From Kutzneria sp. (GTDB lineage: Bacteria; Actinomycetota; Actinomycetes; Mycobacteriales; Pseudonocardiaceae), in contig DATJJB010000467.1 of assembly GCA_035492655.1 (NCBI GenBank), forward strand, positions 5,964 to 69,963: DNA of 64,000 nt, given 5' to 3'. The position numbers and the translations under genes are program-made. The notes under the pieces were generated by a model, which worked only from the letters and a program-made list of their open reading frames with translations, ran no database searches and was not told where the DNA came from. Positions 10,095-18,650 of the stretch are shown piece after piece. Position 1 is the stretch's first letter. Each line of letters starts with the position of its first letter.

Positions 10095-13000
10095 ATGGCC
10101 GGTCCGATGGCGGGGGCAGCAGACGAGCCGGCCGGCCGGACGGGCGATGCGTTGGGCTGGCGCGAATTCGCCGACGCCGTCTGGCTCGGCGTGGCCACTC
10201 AGCGGTTCTGGGAGCGGCAGCACCGACCGCGCGGCACGGCGAGCGAGCCGCCGCCCGCCGACCGCCCGCCCCCGCCGGTCTGGCCAAAGTCAGAACCCAT
10301 GGCGGGCCCGACCCCGATACCGTCCACAGTGGACCCAGTGGTCGTGGAGCCGATGGACCGCACCCCGGACCCGGTGGTCACCTCGGTTCGCGCTGAGCTC
10401 CGTGCCGCCACGAAGCTGCCGTGGACCCCAGCGGACATGATCCGCGCGCTCCGGCCGTTCAAGCGCCGGGTGCCCTCGCCGCGTCCGGACGAGATCGAAC
10501 TCGTCGAGGACGAGACGGCCGAACAGGCGGCGCAGAGCGGGGTGTGGCTGCCGATCACCCGGCCGGTCCAGACCCGATGGCTGGATCTGACGCTGGTGGT
10601 CGACATGAGCCCGTCCATGGTGCTGTGGCGGCCGACCGTGCGGGCCTTCACCGCGGTGCTGGAGCAGCTCGGCGCGTTCCGGTCGGTCCGCCACTGTTTC
10701 CTCGACGCCACCGAGGAACCGGTGCTGCGGGCCGGTTCGGCCGAGGCCGACGCGCCGACCCACGGTCCCGGCGAGGTGGTGGACTTCTCCGGCCGCCGGA
10801 TCGTGCTGGTGCTGACCGACGGCGTCGGCGCGGCGTGGCGGCAGGGCCGGGTCGCCGCGATGCTCGCGCACTGGGCCGCCGTGATGCCGGTGGCGCTCGT
10901 TCACATGCTGCCGCAACGGATGTGGTCACGCAGCCGGCTGGGGTTGCGCCACGCGGACGTGCTGCCGCCGCGGCCGCTCGCGCCCAACCGCGGCTGGCGG
11001 GTGGAGCTGGCCGACGCCTGGGTGGATCCGGAGCAGGCGGCGGCCGACGCCGCCGACGCGGTGCCGATCCCGGTTTTCGAGCTGATGCCACGGTGGATGG
11101 CCAGCTGCGCCGCGCTGTTCACCGGCGCGAGCTCCCGACCCGCGAAGGCGATGGTCATGCTGGCCAGGACCAAGCCCCGGCCGCCGGTCGCCGAGGACGA
11201 GCCGACCGCCCCGCCATCGGCGCATGAACTGGTGACTCGGTTTCTCGGCCGGGCCTCCCCGTTGTCGTACCGGCTGGCCACCTTGCTCGCGGCGGTGCCG
11301 GTCGATCTGGACGTCGCGCGCACGGTGCAGGCCGAGCTGGTCCCCGAGTCCGGCCCGGCCCATCTCGCCGAGGTGCTGGACAGCGGGCTGCTGCGGCCGA
11401 GCGGACCGGACTCGTGGCAGACCACGTCGTTCGAGTTCGCGTCCACCGCCGTGCGCGAGGTGCTGCTGTCCGGTGCGCGCCGCACGGAGACGGCCCACGT
11501 CGTCCGCACCGTCGCCGAGCGCCACTCGGTGCTCACCTCTCTCGCCCAGATCATCGACGATCCAGACAATTCGCCCGACCCCACCGCCGAGCACCTGCAG
11601 CTGGACCGCACCGTGCTACGGGCCCTGAGCGGCCCGTACCTGCGCCGCGCCGCCCGACTCGAGGAGAGAGCCGTGGAAGACACCCGATCGAGCGAAACCC
11701 GCGTCAACACGAAGGAGGTTGGCCTCACGGGAACCCAGGGTGGCGGCAGGATCGGTTCAGTGAGCACGAGCGCGTCCGATGTGGCGACAGCGGCCGGTCC
11801 CGGTGACCCGCCCGCCGTGTCGACCCCGGCCGAGCCGTCACCACGGCGGGCGGAGCTGGCGATCGTCGCGACCACGGCGCCGCACACGCCCCAGGCGGAG
11901 GACGTCCCCACCATCTGGGGCGACGTGCCGCCGCGCAACCCGATCTTCACCGGTCGCGACGACCTGCTCGGCCAGCTGAGCCGTCGGCTGACGGCCGGCG
12001 GCACCACCGCGATCCTGCCCGCCGCGCTGCACGGCATGGGCGGCATTGGCAAGACCCAGATCGCGGCCGAGTACATCTACCGTCATCTCCAGGACTACGA
12101 GCTGGTGTGGTGGATCCAGGCCACCCAGCCGGCGCAGATCCGGGCCGCCCTCACCGATCTCGCCCAGGCGCTGCGGCTGACCGGCGCCCGCGAGGCGCAC
12201 ACGGCGGTGCCCGCGGTCCGGGAGGCGCTGCGCATCGGCGTGCCGTACCGCCGCTGGCTGCTGGTGTTCGACTCGGCCGAGAGCCCGGAGGCGGTGCGGC
12301 CGTTCTTCCCGTCCAACGGCCCCGGCGAAATCCTGATCACCTCGCGCAACCCGGACTGGGCCGGGGTGGCCCGGCCGCTGGAGATCGCGGTGTTCAGCCG
12401 GGCGGAGAGCAAGGAGCTGTTGCGCCGCCGCGGCCCGGAGATCGACGACGCGCAGGCCGACGCGCTGGCCCAGAAACTGGGGGACCTGCCCCTGGCCATC
12501 GCCCAGGCCGCGGCCTGGCGAGCGGAGACCGGCATGCCGGTGCGGGAGTACCTGCGCCTGTTCGACGAGAAAGTGGCCGAGATCCTGGACACCACCCGAC
12601 CGGACGACTACGAGGTGCCGCTGGCCGCGGCCTGGAACGTGTCGTTCGACGAGCTGCAATCGCGCAACCCGGCGGCCCACCAGCTGCTTCAGGTGTGCGC
12701 GTTCTTCGCGCCCGACCCGATCTCGCGCAGCCTGTTCACCGGGGTGCGCGGGCTGTCCATCGCGGTGGAGCTGGACGCCGCGCTGCGCAACCCGATCGGG
12801 TTGGGGCGGGCCATCCGGGACATCAACCGCTACGGTCTGGCCAAGATCGACCACCGCAACGACACGCTGCTGCTGCACCGCCTGGTCCAGCTGGTGCTGC
12901 GGGACCGGATGCCGCCGCAGCGGCGGGCCGACATGAAGCACGGCGCCCACCAGCTGCTGGCCAACCTCGATCCGAACGACCCGAGCTCGGCCAGCCAGTG

Positions 13001-14387
13001 GTCGCGGTACCAGGCGATCCTGCCGCACGCCTACGCGTCCGACATCGTCGAGTGCGACGACCGCTGGGTCCGCCAGCTGGTGTTGAACCTGATGACGTTC
13101 CTCTACCAGTGGGGCGACCACGAGGAGGCGGCCAATCTCGCGCGGCAGGCCACCGAGACCTGGCAGAACCGGCTGGACGAGACCGATCCGCAGCTGTTGC
13201 AGGCCTGGGGCCAGCAGGCGATCTACCTGTGGACGCTCGGCCGGTACGCCGAGGCCAGCCCGATCAACGAGCGGACCCTGGCGCTGCACCGGCGGGTGTC
13301 CGGCGAGGACAGCGAGGAGACGTTGCTGGCCGAGCGTCGGGTGGCCGTCGACCGGCGGGCCAAGGGCGACTTCAGCGGCGCGCTGGCCGTCAACCGGGAC
13401 GTCTTCCAGAAGGCGAAGGGCGTCTTCGGCGACGACGACCCGGTGACCCTGTCCGCGGCCCACGACCTCGGCGTCATCCTGCGTCTGGTCGGCGAGTACA
13501 CCGAGGCGCGCGTCCTCGACGAGGACATGTACAAGCGACAGGTGGAGCTGCGCGGCTACGACGCCCCGCAGACGCTGAACGTGTTGGGCGGCCTGATCCT
13601 GGACCGGATGGAGTTGGGCGAGTACGGCTGGGCCTCGGTCGAGCAGGAGCGGCTGGCCGAGCGGGCGGCGAGGTTGTTCGGCGAGGACACGGCGGCCACG
13701 TTGCAGCGCCAGCACCACCTGTCCATGGCGTTGCGCAAGAACGGCGATCACGCCGGCGCGCTGGAACGGTCGACACAGGCCTGGCAGCGGTACCGGGTGC
13801 GGTACGGCGACTCGCATCCGCAGACGCTGGCCTGCGCCATCGGCCACTCGATCAACCTGCGCAACGCCGGCGAGCTGAGCGCCGCGCAGCAGCTGGGCGA
13901 GGAGACGTTCGGCCGGTACCGCGAAGTGCTGGGTGAGCACCATCCGTACACGCTCGCGGCGGCGGTCGACCTGGCCGTGACCCTGCGGCTGATGGGCGAC
14001 GCGGATGCGGCGCAGCGACTCGACGAGCGGTCGCTCGAGCAGTTCCGCACCATGTTCGGCCCGGATCAGCCGCACGCCATCGGCACCGCCATCAACCTGG
14101 CCAGCGACCTAGCCGCGCGCGGCGAGTTCGAGAACGCGCTGAAGCTGGACAACGATGTGGTGGTCCGGGCGGAACGAGTGCTGGGGGCCGATCACCCGAC
14201 GACGCTGGCGGCGGCCGTGAACCGGACGTTCGACTTGCGTGCGCTGGGGCGGACGCTGGAGGCGGACCCGCTGTACGTCGACGTGATGAACCGCTATCGC
14301 CGCGTGCTGGGCGACAAGCACCCCGGTGTGGTGGCCGCGTCCACCAGGACCCGCGCCAACTGCGACCTGGACCCGCTGCCGCTGTGA
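10095..14387 (+). CDS. vWA (SAV_2336-type N-terminus) fused to FxsT-like NB-ARC + TPR
   Basis: EFADAVWL, MIDAS VVDMSPSM and LTDG in the vWA part. WGDVPPRNPIFTGR, GMGGIGKT, WLLVFD, GDLPLA, kinesin-light-chain-like TPRs (LGxDHPxTL) and terminal RANCDLDPLPL in the NLR part. Confidence 0.9.
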   Translation: MAGPMAGAADEPAGRTGDALGWREFADAVWLGVATQRFWERQHRPRGTASEPPPADRPPPPVWPKSEPMAGPTPIPSTVDPVVVEPMDRTPDPVVTSVRAELRAATKLPWTPADMIRALRPFKRRVPSPRPDEIELVEDETAEQAAQSGVWLPITRPVQTRWLDLTLVVDMSPSMVLWRPTVRAFTAVLEQLGAFRSVRHCFLDATEEPVLRAGSAEADAPTHGPGEVVDFSGRRIVLVLTDGVGAAWRQGRVAAMLAHWAAVMPVALVHMLPQRMWSRSRLGLRHADVLPPRPLAPNRGWRVELADAWVDPEQAAADAADAVPIPVFELMPRWMASCAALFTGASSRPAKAMVMLARTKPRPPVAEDEPTAPPSAHELVTRFLGRASPLSYRLATLLAAVPVDLDVARTVQAELVPESGPAHLAEVLDSGLLRPSGPDSWQTTSFEFASTAVREVLLSGARRTETAHVVRTVAERHSVLTSLAQIIDDPDNSPDPTAEHLQLDRTVLRALSGPYLRRAARLEERAVEDTRSSETRVNTKEVGLTGTQGGGRIGSVSTSASDVATAAGPGDPPAVSTPAEPSPRRAELAIVATTAPHTPQAEDVPTIWGDVPPRNPIFTGRDDLLGQLSRRLTAGGTTAILPAALHGMGGIGKTQIAAEYIYRHLQDYELVWWIQATQPAQIRAALTDLAQALRLTGAREAHTAVPAVREALRIGVPYRRWLLVFDSAESPEAVRPFFPSNGPGEILITSRNPDWAGVARPLEIAVFSRAESKELLRRRGPEIDDAQADALAQKLGDLPLAIAQAAAWRAETGMPVREYLRLFDEKVAEILDTTRPDDYEVPLAAAWNVSFDELQSRNPAAHQLLQVCAFFAPDPISRSLFTGVRGLSIAVELDAALRNPIGLGRAIRDINRYGLAKIDHRNDTLLLHRLVQLVLRDRMPPQRRADMKHGAHQLLANLDPNDPSSASQWSRYQAILPHAYASDIVECDDRWVRQLVLNLMTFLYQWGDHEEAANLARQATETWQNRLDETDPQLLQAWGQQAIYLWTLGRYAEASPINERTLALHRRVSGEDSEETLLAERRVAVDRRAKGDFSGALAVNRDVFQKAKGVFGDDDPVTLSAAHDLGVILRLVGEYTEARVLDEDMYKRQVELRGYDAPQTLNVLGGLILDRMELGEYGWASVEQERLAERAARLFGEDTAATLQRQHHLSMALRKNGDHAGALERSTQAWQRYRVRYGDSHPQTLACAIGHSINLRNAGELSAAQQLGEETFGRYREVLGEHHPYTLAAAVDLAVTLRLMGDADAAQRLDERSLEQFRTMFGPDQPHAIGTAINLASDLAARGEFENALKLDNDVVVRAERVLGADHPTTLAAAVNRTFDLRALGRTLEADPLYVDVMNRYRRVLGDKHPGVVAASTRTRANCDLDPLPL

Positions 14388-14458
14388 GCGAGCTTGCGAG
14401 CGAACCATCGGGCACAGCGAGACACACCGAGCGCTAGCGAGGAGGTTCTGTGAGCTGG

Positions 14459-14488
14459 GAGCGCGGCCCGTCTCGGCGGGCCGCGCTC
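14459..14488. terminator. Hairpin between the convergent vWA-NLR and Crp genes
   Basis: GAGCGCGGCCCG / CGGGCCGCGCTC, 12-bp stem with a 6-nt loop. Confidence 0.7.
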
Positions 14489-15182
14489 AGTCTCCGGGCT
14501 CCGAGGCCAGCGACCGCAGCACGTCGGGCCGCAGCAGTTCGATCCGCCGCCTGGCCGTACGCACCACGCCACGGTCCCGAAGCTGCTTCAACGCCCGGGT
14601 CACGGCCTCCCGCGACGCGCCGACCGCCTGGGCCAGGTCGGCCTGGGAAAGCGCGATGGAAATCGTGACGCCGGCTTCCTCTCCTATCTCGCCGTACCTT
14701 TCCGCATAGTCGAGCAACAGCAGCGCAATACGCTGTTGGCTCAGGTAGGCGCCGAATTCGAGACGGTGGATGTCGGCCTCCCGCAGCCGTTGGACCACCA
14801 TGCGGAGCAGGGCGAACGTGGTCGCGCCGTCGGAGATGAGCAGTTGTCGGAACGCGGCGCCGGAAAGCTGGATGGCGGTGACGTCCGAAATCGCGGTCAC
14901 GGTGGCCGAGCGGGGTCGGCCGTCGATGGCGGAGAACTCGCCGAGCAGATCGCCCGCGCCGCGGATGGCCAAGACCACCTGCCGGCCGGTCGGCGCCGAC
15001 GACGCCACCTTCACGCGGCCGCTTTCCAGCAGCAGCACGTGATCGGAGTGCTCGCCGGCCAGGAACAGCGTGCTCCCGGCGGCCCAGCGGCGGCGCACGC
15101 CCAGCGCGAGCACGGCGTCGCGGTCGAGGTGAAATGGCCGACCGGCCCCCAATTCCGCACCTCCGAGGCCGACGCCGGTCAC
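14487..15182 (-). CDS. Crp/Fnr family regulator with cNMP-binding domain
   Basis: Phosphate-binding cassette GDLLGEFSAIDGRPRSATV. HTH LSQADLAQAVGASREAVTRAL. Start position uncertain. Confidence 0.92.
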   Translation of the reverse strand: MTGVGLGGAELGAGRPFHLDRDAVLALGVRRRWAAGSTLFLAGEHSDHVLLLESGRVKVASSAPTGRQVVLAIRGAGDLLGEFSAIDGRPRSATVTAISDVTAIQLSGAAFRQLLISDGATTFALLRMVVQRLREADIHRLEFGAYLSQQRIALLLLDYAERYGEIGEEAGVTISIALSQADLAQAVGASREAVTRALKQLRDRGVVRTARRRIELLRPDVLRSLASEPGD

Positions 15183-15429
15183 ACCGGTGGTCGACCGGCT
15201 GCGCGTTCATCATCCCTTTGGCGCAGCGACCTGTCTATACGGCCGAACGGATATCGCGGTGGTTCCCGCATATCCGGGATTCGCACGGCGATCTCCACCG
15301 GACACGAGACATGCGGGCGCACGTGCATCTGCGGGCATCGACCGGGGCTCCATGGGCACTCTTCACAATTGGACTCGGAAGCGCCAGACTGTTCTGGAGG
15401 ACTGCCGACACGAGAGGTAATCCGCCATC

Positions 15430-15615
15430 ATGAGTTCACCCTTGAGTCACACGGAATCGCACGTGGAGACCGAGTTGGTCGACGTCGGCGGGATGCCGCT
15501 GGACGAGCTACGCACCTCGCGTGACGCGGCCGTGGTCCGGTCCCTCCGGCACGTGGTCGCGCGCAGCGCGGACCGGGGCGTCACCGAGGTGAACTGCGCG
15601 GGGTCGAAGGACTGA
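15430..15615 (+). CDS. FxSxx-COOH (FxsA)-like RiPP precursor with atypical core
   Basis: RBS GAGAGG. Leader LVDVGGMPLDELR..D..V..SL..VV is typical of FxSxx precursors. Ends 6 bp before the HExxH gene. C-terminus is EVNCAGSKD. Confidence 0.75.
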   Translation: MSSPLSHTESHVETELVDVGGMPLDELRTSRDAAVVRSLRHVVARSADRGVTEVNCAGSKD

Positions 15616-15621
15616 CCCCGG

Positions 15622-17439
15622 ATGCCCACCGAATCCGAGGGGGATATTCGGCCGCATCGCTTGTCCTGGGCCGATTTCGACGAGCTGGCCCGTGGTGGCG
15701 GCGGCGCGGCGGTGGTGCGGGTGCTGCGCCGGGCCGAGCGGAGCCGGCGCCTGCTGCTGATGCGGGCGTTGGCCGACCACGTCGCCAAGGCGCCAGAGCT
15801 CTGCGGCCCGTTGCCGTCGTGGGAGGACGCGTGGGAGCTGCTGGCCCGGGCGCAGCGTCGGGCGCCGGCCGAGCTGGACGCCGTCATCGACCATCCGTAT
15901 ACGGGTAGCTGGGCCGGTTACACCACCAGGTTGCTGCGCAACGGAATCGCCGGCGTCGGCCCGGCATGGGCGCACCTCGGCCACGTGCACGCCATCGCCG
16001 CGGCCGCAGCCATCAGGGCGGGGCTCGATTTCGACGCCACGGTGCCGGTGTGGCGTGGCTTCGCCGCACTGCCGACGCTGGGCGTCGCCAACGTGGCGAC
16101 GACATCGACCCATTCCGTGGCCAGGGTTCGGGTCCGAGACGGGCAGGTGACGATCAGCGCCACGAGCACTCGGCTGCGGTTGCCGGCGGACCTGTCGACG
16201 GATGCCTCGGGCTGGTGGGGAATCCGGCGGCTCACCGTGCCGGCCGATGTGCCGCTGTCGGTGCGCCTCGACGACGTCGACCCGTATCGCGGTCTCTACG
16301 AACCGGTGCTGCCGCAACGACTCGATGACGACACCGTGACGACGTGGCAGTCACTGCTGTCACAGGCGTGGCCGGTGCTGGTGGCCCGACTGCCCGAGCT
16401 GGCCGCGACGATGCCGGCCGGGCTGGACTCCCTGGTGCCTCGGCCGATGATCCCGTTCCGGCTGCCGAGCGCGTCCACCGGCGAGGCGTTCGGCAGCGCG
16501 GTGGTGAGTCGGCCAGAGGACCCTCTGTCGTTGGCCGCCACCCTGGTGCACGAGTTCCAGCACATCCGGCTCAGCGGCCTGCTGCACCTGGTGAATCTGC
16601 GTAGCGACGACCCCGAGGAGCGGATATACGCGCCGTGGCGGGACGATCCGCGCCCGCTTTCCGGTGCTCTGCAAGGGGTCTACGCCTTCTTCGGGGTTGC
16701 CGAGTTCTGGCGCTCGGTGCTGCGTGACGGCGACGAGTCCACGCGGCGTTGGGCCGCTTTCGAGTTCGCGCTGGCCCGTACCGCCACCTGGCGCACGGCG
16801 CGGACCCTGCGCCACGACCACGGGCTGACCGACGCCGGACGGCGTTTGCTCGACGGCGTGCTCGAGCGGCTGCGGCCGTGGCAGGACGAGCCCGTGCCCG
16901 CCGCCGAGGTCGAACTCGCCGCCGCGGTGGCCGCCGACCACCGAGCCGTGTGGCGGATCCGGCACATGCGCCCGTCGCCCCGCACCGTCGCGGTGCTCGC
17001 CGCCGCCTGGGCGTCCGGCGAGCGGCATCCGGCAAGCATCGATCTCGCCGGCAGCACCGGCCCGACCCCCGTGCCCGATGGTGCGTGGTCACCCGCACGC
17101 ACCGACATGATCCGCCTCGGCCTCACCATTGACCCCGGTGACCGCGCCGCCGCGTGGGCGGCCGTCCCCGAGGCCACCCCCGCCGACATCGCCTACGTCT
17201 CCGAGCACTACGCCGAGGCCATCGACCGCAACCGGGCTCAACTGGCCATCGAGCCCGACCACGCGAGCGCCTGGGTCGGCCTGGGCTTGGCGTGCCGTGG
17301 TTACGGCCGAAGCGCCGCCGGCCGGGCCTTGTTGGCACGCCCCGAACTCGTGCGCGCCGTGCACCGCCGCCTCCGTGCGACTGGTGAAGCGCCTGATCCC
17401 GTGCGGCTCGCGGACTGGATCGGCCGAATCGTGAACTAG
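15622..17439 (+). CDS. HExxH-domain peptide-modifying enzyme (alpha-KG-HExxH beta-hydroxylase-like)
   Basis: HRLS..DFDELARGGGG N-terminus, HPYTGSW, LDDVDPYR, SASTGEAFG, LVHEFQH and APWRDDPRPLSGALQGVYAF, with a C-terminal TPR-like segment. Confidence 0.88.
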   Translation: MPTESEGDIRPHRLSWADFDELARGGGGAAVVRVLRRAERSRRLLLMRALADHVAKAPELCGPLPSWEDAWELLARAQRRAPAELDAVIDHPYTGSWAGYTTRLLRNGIAGVGPAWAHLGHVHAIAAAAAIRAGLDFDATVPVWRGFAALPTLGVANVATTSTHSVARVRVRDGQVTISATSTRLRLPADLSTDASGWWGIRRLTVPADVPLSVRLDDVDPYRGLYEPVLPQRLDDDTVTTWQSLLSQAWPVLVARLPELAATMPAGLDSLVPRPMIPFRLPSASTGEAFGSAVVSRPEDPLSLAATLVHEFQHIRLSGLLHLVNLRSDDPEERIYAPWRDDPRPLSGALQGVYAFFGVAEFWRSVLRDGDESTRRWAAFEFALARTATWRTARTLRHDHGLTDAGRRLLDGVLERLRPWQDEPVPAAEVELAAAVAADHRAVWRIRHMRPSPRTVAVLAAAWASGERHPASIDLAGSTGPTPVPDGAWSPARTDMIRLGLTIDPGDRAAAWAAVPEATPADIAYVSEHYAEAIDRNRAQLAIEPDHASAWVGLGLACRGYGRSAAGRALLARPELVRAVHRRLRATGEAPDPVRLADWIGRIVN

Positions 17440-17604
17440 TGATCGGGGCTGGAAGTTCGTCGGAGGTGATCATGCCACCGTCAGCGGGCGGGGCGCGTGG
17501 CGGTCATGACGGCCGATTCGGGCGAGCAACTGGTTGCGGTCGTCGCGGGCGAAAGGTCCAGGCGAAGCGGCAAGCCACACGGGCATGGTGCATGTCGTAG
17601 GCGG

Positions 17605-17739
17605 CGAAGCCACGATGACTACGACAACTCGATCCTGTCCAGCGGCTACCCTTTAGGCACGCCACAAGAGGCACTCGACTGCGCGTGCGGCCTCTATCTC
17701 AACGACGCCAAAGCGTGGCTACGACCCCCGACGAACTAA
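17605..17739 (+). pseudogene. C-terminal fragment of a conserved actinobacterial hypothetical protein
   Basis: RSHDDYDNSILSSGYPLGTPQEALDCACGLYLND matches, from memory, a small protein family often found in mobile contexts. The N-terminal half is absent. Confidence 0.45.
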
Positions 17740-17950
17740 CGGGCGAGACCGCTAGTCGGGTATCTGTCCTTCGCCCCGTCATTGATCGAACCTTCTAGGC
17801 TTGATGCAGATTGGCGCGGATGATCTTAAACGGAGGATGGTCGCGGTCGAGGACGCGCTCAGCGTCTGCCGTGTCGGCTTCACGCAAAGCGATCGCTTGG
17901 TCAAAATCTGCCTACCGCTTCATAGGCGCCGGCGAGGTTGCTTCGGGAGG

Positions 17951-18109
17951 TCAACCGGGATTCTGCTCGTCGAAGTTCAGTTGGTCATAGGCCTCGAGCA
18001 GCTCGCGTCGGAGAAGGGCGTGGAGTTCGCCATCTGTCAGATGGTTGTCTGGGCAAAGCTGGCGAGGGTCCACGCTTCGCGCTGGTCGACCGTCCGGGGA
18101 GTCGGTCAT
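17951..18109 (-). CDS. Small hypothetical protein (52 aa)
   Basis: ATG preceded by AAGGGTGGG. Helical C-terminus LTDGELHALLRRELLEAYDQL. Confidence 0.3.
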   Translation of the reverse strand: MTDSPDGRPARSVDPRQLCPDNHLTDGELHALLRRELLEAYDQLNFDEQNPG

Positions 18110-18650
18110 CCCACCCTTGGTCTGAATGGAGCGTGTCTGGCTCACCCGTGAGTGTGCGTGCGGGTCGGCGGGAATGTTCTTTTTGCGCGTAATTGCCGTT
18201 CTGTCCGTAGGTACAGCGCCCCGTGTGTGTTGGGAGTGCCGATGGTGGCATCGGATCGGCCGATGGGCGTATTGTGGGAATGTATTTCACAAGTGTGAAC
18301 ACTGATTGTGCGCAGGATGGTCGCATGTCTTTTCTGTTGGAGACCTTCGGCATGTGGCCGATAGGTGTTTCTATTTGTGCTTGGTAAATTGTTTCGAGGG
18401 CAAGTAATTGGCTTTTCGGTGTACGTTGAATGTACGGACGTGGTCGTCCGAACGGTCGCACGATCGGCCGTTGGTTGACGTGGCGTCATTGCTGTCACCG
18501 TAACGGACCTGTACTTCCGCATAGCTTCCCCATATCTTTGTCCGCGTCGCCAGTGGGATGTGTCGGGGTCCCGCCTTCTGTGCATTCGCCCTTCTGTTGG
18601 GCGCTGAATTGTCGGAATTGTGCAGCGGATCATCCGTTTCGGAGGGGAAT

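Noticed and set aside
7242-15182. Pycsar or CBASS call
   Set aside because: The cyclase is fused to VMAP, and the cNMP receptor carries an HTH rather than a TM or TIR effector. No CD-NTase is present.
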